Below are positions 1-6,812 of a stretch of 6,812 nt of DNA, piece after piece. Numbering within the stretch: position 1 is the first letter of the stretch; each line of letters starts with the position of its first letter. The notes beneath the pieces were generated by a model. It was not told the origin of the DNA and did not search any database. It saw nothing but the letters and a program-made list of their open reading frames with translations. Made by a program: the position numbers and the translations under genes. The DNA is from Candidatus Krumholzibacteriia bacterium (lineage in GTDB: Bacteria > Krumholzibacteriota > Krumholzibacteriia > WVZY01): assembly GCA_036478295.1 (NCBI GenBank), contig JAZGDW010000267.1, positions 1 through 6,812 of the forward strand, written 5' to 3'.

Positions 1-449
1 CCTGGGTAGCTCTTTAGACTTCCCCAGTCGATCCAGTGACGCAGGAGCCTGGTCCCGCGTTTCTTGGTGGGGGCGTCTGGGTCATTTATTATGAAGATCA
101 GCCGTGCGAGGTTGTCCAGCGTGCATCCGAAGTGGAAATAGATACCCTTGATGTGAGCAAAGTACTCTATCGAGTGCATTTCCTGAGCGGTGCGCTGCAG
201 AACCGCGGCGGCTGCGCCGATCGACGTAACCACCTCATAGTGCGACTTTGCAAGCTCCCTGTAGCTGTCTCTGACGGGCTCCGGGATCGTTTGGTTCGAG
301 CTGAGGTTGGAAGCGTTGTTGCCAACGTGGATTGCATATCGGAATTTTACCCAGTTCTCGACGTTGACTTTCAAAACGTCGCGGATATGCGTTTCGGCAA
401 CATCTAGGGTAACTTTCCGATAGTTGAATCCTTTCGGTAGTTTGATCAT
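1..449 (-). CDS. Hypothetical protein, N-terminal 149 aa (continues off the left edge); possible HEPN (Cthe_2314-like) domain
   Basis: Manual translation from ATG 449 shows no stop before base 1: MIKLPKGFNYRKVTLDVAETHIRDVLKVNVENWVKFRYAIHVGNNASNLSSNQTIPEPVRDSYRELAKSHYEVVTSIGAAAAVLQRTAQEMHSIEYFAHIKGIYFHFGCTLDNLARLIFIINDPDAPTKKRGTRLLRHWIDWGSLKSYP. It has an upstream Shine-Dalgarno sequence. Confidence refers to the CDS; the HEPN call is much weaker. Confidence 0.8.
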   Translation of the reverse strand, partial: MIKLPKGFNYRKVTLDVAETHIRDVLKVNVENWVKFRYAIHVGNNASNLSSNQTIPEPVRDSYRELAKSHYEVVTSIGAAAAVLQRTAQEMHSIEYFAHIKGIYFHFGCTLDNLARLIFIINDPDAPTKKRGTRLLRHWIDWGSLKSYP

Positions 450-453
450 AGCG

Positions 454-466
454 TCCTCGTCCTCCC
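454..466 (-). promoter_or_regulatory. Ribosome-binding site of the 449 ORF
   Basis: Minus strand reads GGGAGGACGAGGA-CGCT-ATG, giving two SD-like elements 11 and 4 nt from the ATG. Confidence 0.7.
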
Positions 467-483
467 GCACCTCGGCAAGGGGG

Positions 484-492
484 ATAATAGCA
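484..492 (-). promoter_or_regulatory. Candidate extended -10 promoter for the 449 ORF
   Basis: Minus strand reads TGCTATTAT (TGn + TATTAT), about 35 nt upstream of the ATG. The -35 region is poor. Confidence 0.45.
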
Positions 493-671
493 TTCGGACG
501 CGAACCGGGGGAAGAACGGTGTCTCAATTGGCCCAAAATTGGGGCTATTTACGCCCATGCTTCCCCGGCAGGCTCCCCTTTAACTGGAAGTCGGAGTGAG
601 TGTTATAGTTACGGAAAGTCGACTAGATCGGGAGGAACCGCACCCGCCCCGCCAGCTCCGACACCGAGAGC

Positions 672-3600
672 CTACGAATCCTGGGGTTTGTCCTCGCTCT
701 GTGCGCGGGAACTCTTGGCGATGAGTTTTTTGAGCTCGACCTGGTCGGGGGCGAGCAGTTCCTTGACGCGTTCCGTATTGACGCCGGCCACAATAATCTG
801 ACCGATCTCGGTTTTTACGTCGTCGAGAATACCCAGGTCCTTCATTCCCGCGGTTTGTTTTTGATTGTCATCAGTTGGACTCACGTAATGGATCGACACA
901 CTCTTGTAACGATGGATGAGAAAGAGGTGGATCAAGGTCATCAATCGTTTCTTGCGGAACCCCTCGTCGAATGTGTTCTGGTCGCGGATCGAGAGGATGT
1001 TGCGGTCGCGACGATCCTGGATCGTGGCGAAGATAACATCGGCGGTTCTGGTGCCGGCGCCATCGAGTACGTTCAACTCCAGGAGCTCGGCACCGGCCGT
1101 GTGCGGGCGCAGCTGGACCTCGAGGGTGCCGGGGATACCGTTGTGTTTGGTCCACAACTCGAGCCACGACTCCAGGAGTTTCGGCGGCACTTCGGTCTGG
1201 ACCAGGTGCTGGGCGTGCGTCGAACCTTTGCCCATCGCCTTGGTGGTCGCGGTGCGGCCCGTTACCGCCATGAGGGCGCCGTCGAGACGCGGCCCACCGA
1301 CGTAGCTCTGCGGCGTGCGGTATGGTGAGTCGAGCAGACGAAACTTGCGCTGCAACCTCGCCAGCGCCAGCATCCCATCCTGTTTCAACGCGGTGGCAAA
1401 CTCCTCGGCGGCGAGACCGTCGATCTGGTGACCACCGTAGGTAATGAAGTTGAAGACATACCCGCTCCTCCCCAGCTTCTCCGGGAAACCCCGCATGTCT
1501 TCGTCGCTCATACCGGTCGTGTCCCAGTTGAACGATGGCGACAGATTGTAGGCCAGCATCTTGTCGGGATATATGTCGTGGATTGCGTTTGCGAACTTGC
1601 GCGCGTCGGCCAGGTTCGCGGTCTTGGTCTCCATCCACAGGATGTCGGCAAAGGGAGCCACGGCCAGCGACCGGGCCACCGCATAATCGATACCGCCTTG
1701 TATCTGGTAGTAGCCTTCCGGTGTCTTTGATAATTCGCAATCCCACAGGACCTTGATATCCATCGCTTTTGCCTGCTCCCGCGCTTCCGGAAAGGACACC
1801 CGCCGCGAGAAATCGAGCCATTCTTCGACCGTCATGTCGAACGTCGCACCTTCGTCGATATGAAACTCCATCGCATCGGCCGCGGCCTGACCGAAGGTCT
1901 TGAGACCCGCCTGCATCTGCCAGGCGTCGATGAAGACGGTGGTCACCTCATCCAATGTCGCTTCGACGTCGGCCCCCTCGTCCATGGCCGCGAGACTTCC
2001 ATCCACACGCGACAGGATACCGGCTTGTTCCAACCAGGAGAGCGCCGACCGGTAGGCGGCCCTGGAGACCTTGTACAGCAGGTGCCCGTTTATCTCTTCA
2101 ACACCCGCCTCGTAGAAGCGTTTGAGAACTGCGAGATAGGCGGGCTTGAAGGCGGGTAGCGCGGTGTTGGTGGCGCCGAGTATAAAGGGATGGTCCCGCT
2201 CGTCACCGCGGCCGTCGAGGTAGGTCGCCGCTTCGGCGTCGGTGCGCGCCACGATGATGCCGGGGACCTTCATGATGTCCAGTTGCAGACGCGCCGCGTT
2301 CAGGCGTTTTATCTGCTCGTCGACGGGCACCAGCACCTTGCCGGCCTGGTGGCCGCATTTCTTGGCGCCCGGTTTCTGGTCCTCGATGTGGTAACCGGGA
2401 ACCCCCACTTCGACAAAGCGGCGGATGAGGTTCCTCACGTGCGCCCCGCCGCCGTGACCGGTGTCGGCGTCGGCTATGATAAACGGGCGGTAATCGATCC
2501 TTCTTGCAGCCGCCCGTTCCTTGTCCGTCATCCGCGAGCGTGCAAACTCCTGGTTCTTATCCGCGGCAAGGAGCGCGCATACCAGGGTCGCCGCCTCGTC
2601 CGGCACCTGGCTCAATGGATAGCTGGCCAGATCGGGTCCGGGGTCTTCGGTGACGGACCCCTTGGCTGAAGTTGCCCAGCCGCCGAGATAGATGCCTTCG
2701 ATGCCCATCCGTTTCAACGTCACCGCCTGCCCCGGTGAGTAGGGACCGAACGTGGTTATCTGACTTCGTTTGGAAAACAGCTCCTTCAGCCGTTCGTAGA
2801 ATCCCTCGGCCGCCTGGCGCGCGATGGAGTAGTCCTGCTGGATGGTGCCGCGCTGTGCCACCACCTGGCGGGCCGAGTAGAGACGGGTGATGTCACCGAA
2901 ACGCTCACTCGAAAACCACTTCTCGGTGTCTGCGGTTTCGGTCTCGAGCCAACCCCGTTCGGCGGGCGCTGCCGGTTGTGGCGTGGACGCTTCGGGTGCT
3001 GCCGGTTCGGCCGTGTCCGCTTCGGCCGTGTCCGCAAAATCGAGGTTCTCGGTAAGCCGGGTGCCGTCCCGTTTGAACGTCTCCATGTAGCGTTCGATCC
3101 GTTCCCTGGCGGTCACCAGGTTATGGTTATTCAGATTGAGGTTCAGGAGATCGATATACCATGGGGCTTTCACGTCATCGACGACATAGGTCTCGACGAT
3201 CTCCCGCGCAATGGGCAGGGTGGTCGTTTTGGAGTCATCGTGGACGTCCTTGTCCTTTGCCTCGAGGAGTTTCCGGTACTCTTCCTCCAGTAGTTTCTTG
3301 AAGACCTTGGCGGTGAATACGTCTCCCACCTTCAATCCCGTCTCACGATCGTCTTCGGTCAGCACCGCGCCCTTGTGGATCCACTCCCACAGGATGCTGA
3401 GACGGATCTCTCCGGTCGCCATGTCTTCCATGAGGTACAGGATGTTGTCGTCGTCGAAGAAGTCGGCCGGTTTGAGCGCCGCCGCCTGGAAACCCTGACT
3501 GAAGGCGTTGCCGTACTGGAGCGCGACACTGAGAAGATTGCGCGCCCCGCGGATGGTCCTCGGCGCGGGTTCCAGCAGGGTCAGACCGTCGGCGTCGGCC

Positions 3601-4955
3601 TGGGTGTAGGTCAGTGGCGGGAAGTCGCTCCCGAGTTGGTTGTCTTCCCCGACCCGCTCCCACACCGGTCGTACGATGTGCACCATTTTCCAGTGGGCGA
3701 CCCACTTGCCGCTAGCACCCCGCCGCTGCTCGCGCGCGCCACCGGCCACGGCTTTCTTCATACTGTTGGTGACGCCCTCTTTCGACCCCACGGGAATGTT
3801 GGGCTCCATCCCTCCCTGCCACAAAGCGAAGTTGCCTTTGAGGTCCGGTGTGTTCACCGCGCGTCGCACGCGGTCTTCGTAGTGTTTCATGTAGGCGTAG
3901 GTCATGGTGATGGCTTCGATATTGGGATTGATGAAACCTTTATCCCACGCCATCGCATCGGCCACGCTGTTTATGTAGTCCCAGCGGCCGGTGTTGAAGC
4001 CGACGAAGTGCCGGCCCAGGGCCGCGCGGATTTCCATGAGCTGAAACGTAGCCTCGAGCTGTTCCACCAGCACGTAGACCTTGATGGTGCCGTTGGGGAG
4101 GGCGACGTAGTCTTCGAGCACGGTCAGCATGTCGTTCCACAGCGCCGCCTCTTCCGCCGTCTGGATCTTGGGCAGGTAGAGGACGATGGACGAGCCAGCT
4201 TTGAGGAACTGCTGGTAGTTGTTTACGACGTACAGAACCGTGTCGACAATGGAGGCCGAAAACCCCTGGCCGTCGCGATCGCGGATGTGACGGTCGTCGA
4301 GGTGCAACCCGCGCGCGCGGAAAATCTTCGTGGTAAAGTCCAGCTGCCCGCGCAAGTCGTCGATGATCTCACGCGCCAGAAATCCCTTCGACCACTCGTT
4401 CATCTCCACGGCCACCTGCTCGGCCACCTTCATGAACGGCGGGTCTTTTTGAATGGCAAGTTTCAGGTTGCGCTGGTTGTCGAGCGACATGGTGGTTATC
4501 TGGCCCATGGCGTCTTCGCCGTCGAACATCCAGCCATCGGCGCCGGAGAGGAGTGCGTAGGCGACGTTGCGGATGCTTTTCTCGGTGGGGGAATTCGGTT
4601 TGGCGCCGGGCCCGGTGCCCTGAATCCACTGCCGCTTGAGGTCGGCCGGTATCTCCGAACCGATGAACTTGCCGTCGCGTGCGTCTTGCACCTTGATCCG
4701 GGTGCGCGGAATGTAGCTGTTCGGGTCGAGGAAGCTGATTCTCTGGTGGTTTCTGGCGCGCTCCGCCCGGCGGCGGATGCGACCGGCCATGACCTGTTTT
4801 TGATCCTCGTTGAACGGTGCCAGAAACGCGAGGGCGCCCATGACTTCCGGCGTGTAGACGTCCCCGTAGGCGCTCTCGAGACCGGTGCGGATCTCCAGTG
4901 CGTCGCTACCGGCGGCGGTGATGGACTGCTTGTTGTTCTGGTGGGTGGTACTCAT
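672..4955 (-). CDS. aceB-aceA: Bifunctional malate synthase / isocitrate lyase (ICL2-type) fusion protein, 1427 aa
   Basis: One uninterrupted ORF, ATG 4955 to TAG 672-674. The N-terminal half has malate synthase motifs: [51 protein letters not shown]. The C-terminal half has isocitrate lyase motifs: [27 protein letters not shown] (2349-2363), [25 protein letters not shown]. Confidence 0.97.
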   Translation of the reverse strand: MSTTHQNNKQSITAAGSDALEIRTGLESAYGDVYTPEVMGALAFLAPFNEDQKQVMAGRIRRRAERARNHQRISFLDPNSYIPRTRIKVQDARDGKFIGSEIPADLKRQWIQGTGPGAKPNSPTEKSIRNVAYALLSGADGWMFDGEDAMGQITTMSLDNQRNLKLAIQKDPPFMKVAEQVAVEMNEWSKGFLAREIIDDLRGQLDFTTKIFRARGLHLDDRHIRDRDGQGFSASIVDTVLYVVNNYQQFLKAGSSIVLYLPKIQTAEEAALWNDMLTVLEDYVALPNGTIKVYVLVEQLEATFQLMEIRAALGRHFVGFNTGRWDYINSVADAMAWDKGFINPNIEAITMTYAYMKHYEDRVRRAVNTPDLKGNFALWQGGMEPNIPVGSKEGVTNSMKKAVAGGAREQRRGASGKWVAHWKMVHIVRPVWERVGEDNQLGSDFPPLTYTQADADGLTLLEPAPRTIRGARNLLSVALQYGNAFSQGFQAAALKPADFFDDDNILYLMEDMATGEIRLSILWEWIHKGAVLTEDDRETGLKVGDVFTAKVFKKLLEEEYRKLLEAKDKDVHDDSKTTTLPIAREIVETYVVDDVKAPWYIDLLNLNLNNHNLVTARERIERYMETFKRDGTRLTENLDFADTAEADTAEPAAPEASTPQPAAPAERGWLETETADTEKWFSSERFGDITRLYSARQVVAQRGTIQQDYSIARQAAEGFYERLKELFSKRSQITTFGPYSPGQAVTLKRMGIEGIYLGGWATSAKGSVTEDPGPDLASYPLSQVPDEAATLVCALLAADKNQEFARSRMTDKERAAARRIDYRPFIIADADTGHGGGAHVRNLIRRFVEVGVPGYHIEDQKPGAKKCGHQAGKVLVPVDEQIKRLNAARLQLDIMKVPGIIVARTDAEAATYLDGRGDERDHPFILGATNTALPAFKPAYLAVLKRFYEAGVEEINGHLLYKVSRAAYRSALSWLEQAGILSRVDGSLAAMDEGADVEATLDEVTTVFIDAWQMQAGLKTFGQAAADAMEFHIDEGATFDMTVEEWLDFSRRVSFPEAREQAKAMDIKVLWDCELSKTPEGYYQIQGGIDYAVARSLAVAPFADILWMETKTANLADARKFANAIHDIYPDKMLAYNLSPSFNWDTTGMSDEDMRGFPEKLGRSGYVFNFITYGGHQIDGLAAEEFATALKQDGMLALARLQRKFRLLDSPYRTPQSYVGGPRLDGALMAVTGRTATTKAMGKGSTHAQHLVQTEVPPKLLESWLELWTKHNGIPGTLEVQLRPHTAGAELLELNVLDGAGTRTADVIFATIQDRRDRNILSIRDQNTFDEGFRKKRLMTLIHLFLIHRYKSVSIHYVSPTDDNQKQTAGMKDLGILDDVKTEIGQIIVAGVNTERVKELLAPDQVELKKLIAKSSRAQSEDKPQDS
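675..1208 (-). other. ICL2 C-terminal GNAT-like acyl-CoA-binding regulatory domain (aa ~1250-1427)
   Basis: [16 protein letters not shown]...[18 protein letters not shown]...[18 protein letters not shown]...HYVSPTDDN matches the recalled C-terminal domain of M. tuberculosis ICL2. Boundaries are approximate. Confidence 0.85.
1209..2957 (-). other. aceA: Isocitrate lyase catalytic region, long ICL2 type with internal helical insert (aa ~667-1249)
   Basis: KKCGH with Cys867. The segments [54 protein letters not shown] and [13 protein letters not shown] closely match my recollection of Mycobacterium ICL2. The Trp in LWMET and Thr in FITY point to ICL rather than 2-methylisocitrate lyase. Confidence 0.93.
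3006..3035. repeat. Perfect 15-bp tandem duplication in the interdomain linker (ADTAE x2)
   Basis: TTCGGCCGTGTCCGC occurs at 3006-3020 and 3021-3035. A second near-repeat, GGG(C/T)GCTGCCGGTT at 2964-2977 and 2994-3007, encodes PAAP twice. Confidence 0.95.
3036..4955 (-). other. aceB: Malate synthase domain (aa ~1-640) of the fusion, divergent MS-A-like
   Basis: Candidate catalytic Arg213 (FRARG, 4317-4319). Mg2+ ligands Glu298 (4062-4064) and Asp326 (GRWDY, 3978-3980) show the 28-residue spacing known from malate synthases. Catalytic base Asp511 lies in [10 protein letters not shown] (3423-3425). Confidence 0.93.
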
Positions 4956-4962
4956 GACCGAT

Positions 4963-4968
4963 CTTTCT
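4963..4968 (-). promoter_or_regulatory. Probable ribosome-binding site of the fusion gene
   Basis: AGAAAG on the minus strand, 7 nt upstream of ATG 4955. Confidence 0.5.
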
Positions 4969-5017
4969 ATTCGGAGAGGGCATACCGGTACACGGCCATG
5001 TCCTCATCCTCGTGTAG

Positions 5018-5032
5018 TTTCACATTGTAAAA
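5018..5032. promoter_or_regulatory. AT-rich imperfect palindrome, candidate operator
   Basis: TTTCACA-T-TGTAAAA with 6 of 7 arm pairs complementary, in the intergenic region upstream of the fusion gene. It overlaps a minus-strand TACAAT (5024-5029). Confidence 0.45.
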
Positions 5033-5080
5033 GAAGTTCAAAACGGCGACCACGACCAGATTCCGGAGAACCATGGGTCC

Positions 5081-5091
5081 AATATAGCACA
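5081..5091 (-). promoter_or_regulatory. Candidate extended -10 sigma70-type promoter for the fusion gene
   Basis: Minus strand reads TGTGCTATATT (TRTGn + TATATT). No good -35 hexamer at 17 nt. Confidence 0.5.
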
Positions 5092-5109
5092 AGTTTTCAT
5101 TCTCGGCGT

Positions 5110-6441
5110 TCATGACGTGGACGTCCGTGCGGCACCGGTTCCCGATCCCTCAGTCTGCCCCACCCGAAGAGACAAAAGAAACACCCCGAAGATAACCACC
5201 GCAGACAAGACGAACACCCGAACATTCAGCAGCGTAAATAGCATCCCACCGAGCACGAGCCCCAGGATGCTCGCCACCGCACCGCAGCTGGCCGCCACTC
5301 CCTGCACGGCGCCCTGGTACTTGTCCCCCGCCGTCTTCGAGAGGATGGACACCACCGACGGCCACATAAGCCCGTTCCCCAGCGCCAGCAGCACGACCCC
5401 CGTGTAGAGCCGCACCATGTTTGGCGAGCAAAAGAAGGGAAAGCTCGCGGCAAGAATGAGGCTCCCCACGACGGCCAGCGTCGACTCCGGCCACCTCCTG
5501 GACGCACGGCTTAGGACCGGTCCCTGTACGAGGGCCATCATGAGACTCAAGACCACAAAGAAAATCCCCATCTCCTGAACGCTCCAGCCTAGGTCCCTGG
5601 ACGCATGCACCGGAAAGGCGATGTAGAAGAAGTTGAATCCCAGCATGACGAGAAAATAAATCCCCAGCAAAAGCGACACGTCCGGTAGCCGCAGCACCCC
5701 CCGGAACGAGAGCTTCTCGGCGGCCTTCATTTCAAAGCACGGCTTGTGGTCCTGTCCGAGTACCTTGTGCACGCCGACCTGTTCGGGGTCCTCGCTCAGG
5801 ACGCACGGCCTGGACTCCGGCAGCTTGAAGAGAATCATGAGACTGGCGACGACAGAGATCGCAAACGCGGCGAGCACCGGCAGCAGTTCCCCCAACGAGG
5901 TGCCACCCAACACGCCGGCGAGTGCCGGCCCGAGGATGAACCCGAGGTTTGCCGATACCGCCATCTTGCCGAAGTTCGCAACGCGGTTCTCCTGGCTCGA
6001 TATATCGGCGAGGTAGGCGTTTGCCACCGAGATGTTGCCGCCGGTAGCGCCGTCGAACGCCCGCGCCAGAAAGAGCACGAGTAGCGGCAGTGTCAGCGCG
6101 AACTGTCCCAGCGCCTGGGAATCCACACTGACGAGCGGCCGCGTGGGTAGGGTGAAGGCAACGAGAAAGATACCCCAGGAGAAGAGCGTCCCGAGCTGGC
6201 TTAGCAGAAGGATCTTCCTCCGGCCGTAGACATCGCTCCACCGCCCGAGGATCGGGGCGCCGATCAGCTGGAACACCGAGTACGTCGCCCCCATAACACC
6301 GTAGATGAGCGCATTCCCGCCCCATCGTGTGACAAGAAAGACGAGAAAGGGCAGAACGATACTGAACCCGAGCGTGCCAACGAAGTTGACACCCAGAATG
6401 GGGTAGATCGAGACTTGTGGCAGGCCGTCACGTTCTCGCAT
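5110..6441 (-). CDS. Major facilitator superfamily transporter, TetA/DHA1-like, 443 aa
   Basis: About 12 hydrophobic segments in two halves. Motif A GRWSDVYGRR (6217-6246), motif B-like LARAFDGATGG, and antiporter motif C GFILGPALAGVLG are present. Confidence 0.93.
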   Translation of the reverse strand: MRERDGLPQVSIYPILGVNFVGTLGFSIVLPFLVFLVTRWGGNALIYGVMGATYSVFQLIGAPILGRWSDVYGRRKILLLSQLGTLFSWGIFLVAFTLPTRPLVSVDSQALGQFALTLPLLVLFLARAFDGATGGNISVANAYLADISSQENRVANFGKMAVSANLGFILGPALAGVLGGTSLGELLPVLAAFAISVVASLMILFKLPESRPCVLSEDPEQVGVHKVLGQDHKPCFEMKAAEKLSFRGVLRLPDVSLLLGIYFLVMLGFNFFYIAFPVHASRDLGWSVQEMGIFFVVLSLMMALVQGPVLSRASRRWPESTLAVVGSLILAASFPFFCSPNMVRLYTGVVLLALGNGLMWPSVVSILSKTAGDKYQGAVQGVAASCGAVASILGLVLGGMLFTLLNVRVFVLSAVVIFGVFLLSLRVGQTEGSGTGAARTSTS

Positions 6442-6446
6442 GTTTT

Positions 6447-6812
6447 TTAGTACAGAAAAGCCACCGTTGCGCCCACCCGGTTTGTGGCGACGGTACCCGG
6501 TTTGAACCTCGCATAGTCAAGCCGCGCCTCGAACCGCTCGTACGGCAGGTTCAGACCCACACCCAACGTGATCTCGGCAGGCGAGTTGCCGAAACCACTC
6601 GGCGTCAAAACATCCATGACACCAGCTCTCAAGAAAACGAGGCTCAGGACACCCACTTCCAGGCCCCCGCGGAAAATCTCGATCGCGCTTCCCTTCGGGA
6701 ATTCGATCTCGGCGTTGAACGCGAACGAAAAGGCAGGCACGGTGGTGCCGAGTGCCCGGCTGAGCCCGGGGTGCGGCTGGCCGATCGTCCGTAACCCGAT
6801 GCCGATCCGGGC
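6447..6812 (-). CDS. C-terminal part (5' end outside the window) of a probable outer-membrane beta-barrel protein, PorV/PorQ-like
   Basis: The frame stays open beyond the track's start at 6740 up to the edge (ARIGIGLRTIG...). It has alternating amphipathic strands (GGLEVGV, VFLRAGV, ITLGVGLNL, ARLDYA, NRVGATVAFLY) and ends in an aromatic residue, like a BAM beta-signal. The family call is by pattern only. Confidence 0.7.
   Translation of the reverse strand, partial: ARIGIGLRTIGQPHPGLSRALGTTVPAFSFAFNAEIEFPKGSAIEIFRGGLEVGVLSLVFLRAGVMDVLTPSGFGNSPAEITLGVGLNLPYERFEARLDYARFKPGTVATNRVGATVAFLY

Noticed and set aside
36..407. 123-aa plus-strand ORF
   Set aside because: It is the exact antisense register of the minus-strand ORF starting at 449, which has the RBS and a more protein-like sequence.
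235..558. 107-aa minus-strand ORF
   Set aside because: It overlaps the better-supported 449 ORF in another frame and has an R/Q/C/P-rich off-frame composition.
2349..2363. KKCGH enzyme as 2-methylisocitrate lyase (PrpB) or another PEP-mutase-family member
   Set aside because: The length, ICL2-specific segments, the LWMET/FITY residues and the fusion to malate synthase all favour isocitrate lyase. Secondary methylisocitrate activity is not excluded.
2964..3035. Direct repeats as a CRISPR array or target-site duplication
   Set aside because: There are only two short adjacent in-frame copies within coding sequence, with no spacers, cas genes or transposase.
855..4629. Many short overlapping ORFs within the fusion gene (e.g. 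871-1821 minus, 855-1328 plus, 2190-2669 plus)
   Set aside because: They are alternative-frame, Arg/Gly/Pro-rich or antisense products typical of GC-rich coding DNA.
3375..5030. 551-aa plus-strand ORF
   Set aside because: It is the codon-aligned antisense shadow of the malate synthase domain, expected with high GC3 bias. Its composition (V/D/H/G-rich) is typical of shadows and it has no recognisable motifs.
5024..5041. TTGAAC...TACAAT as a -35/-10 pair on the minus strand
   Set aside because: The spacing is only 6 nt, incompatible with sigma70 geometry.
5117..6794. Short ORFs overlapping the MFS and barrel genes, and the track's start at 6740
   Set aside because: These are off-frame or antisense artefacts. 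The GTG at 6740 is internal because the frame stays open to the window edge.

Overview
A GC-rich bacterial window (about 60% GC by spot counts) with four co-oriented minus-strand genes. From the right edge: (1) the 3' end of a probable outer-membrane beta-barrel resembling the PorV/PorQ family, which implies a diderm host; (2) a 443-aa TetA/DHA1-like MFS transporter starting 5 nt after that stop; (3) a 1427-aa polypeptide carrying the whole glyoxylate shunt, made of a divergent malate synthase, an Ala/Pro/Glu/Thr linker containing a perfect 15-bp duplication, and a long mycobacterial ICL2-type isocitrate lyase that keeps the C-terminal acyl-CoA-binding domain; (4) an ORF missing from the supplied track (449 to <1, with its own RBS and extended -10, about 54% GC) that has a HEPN/Cthe_2314-like helix. 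The highlight is the MS-linker-ICL2-sensor fusion. Family assignments come from motifs recalled from memory; no searches were run.
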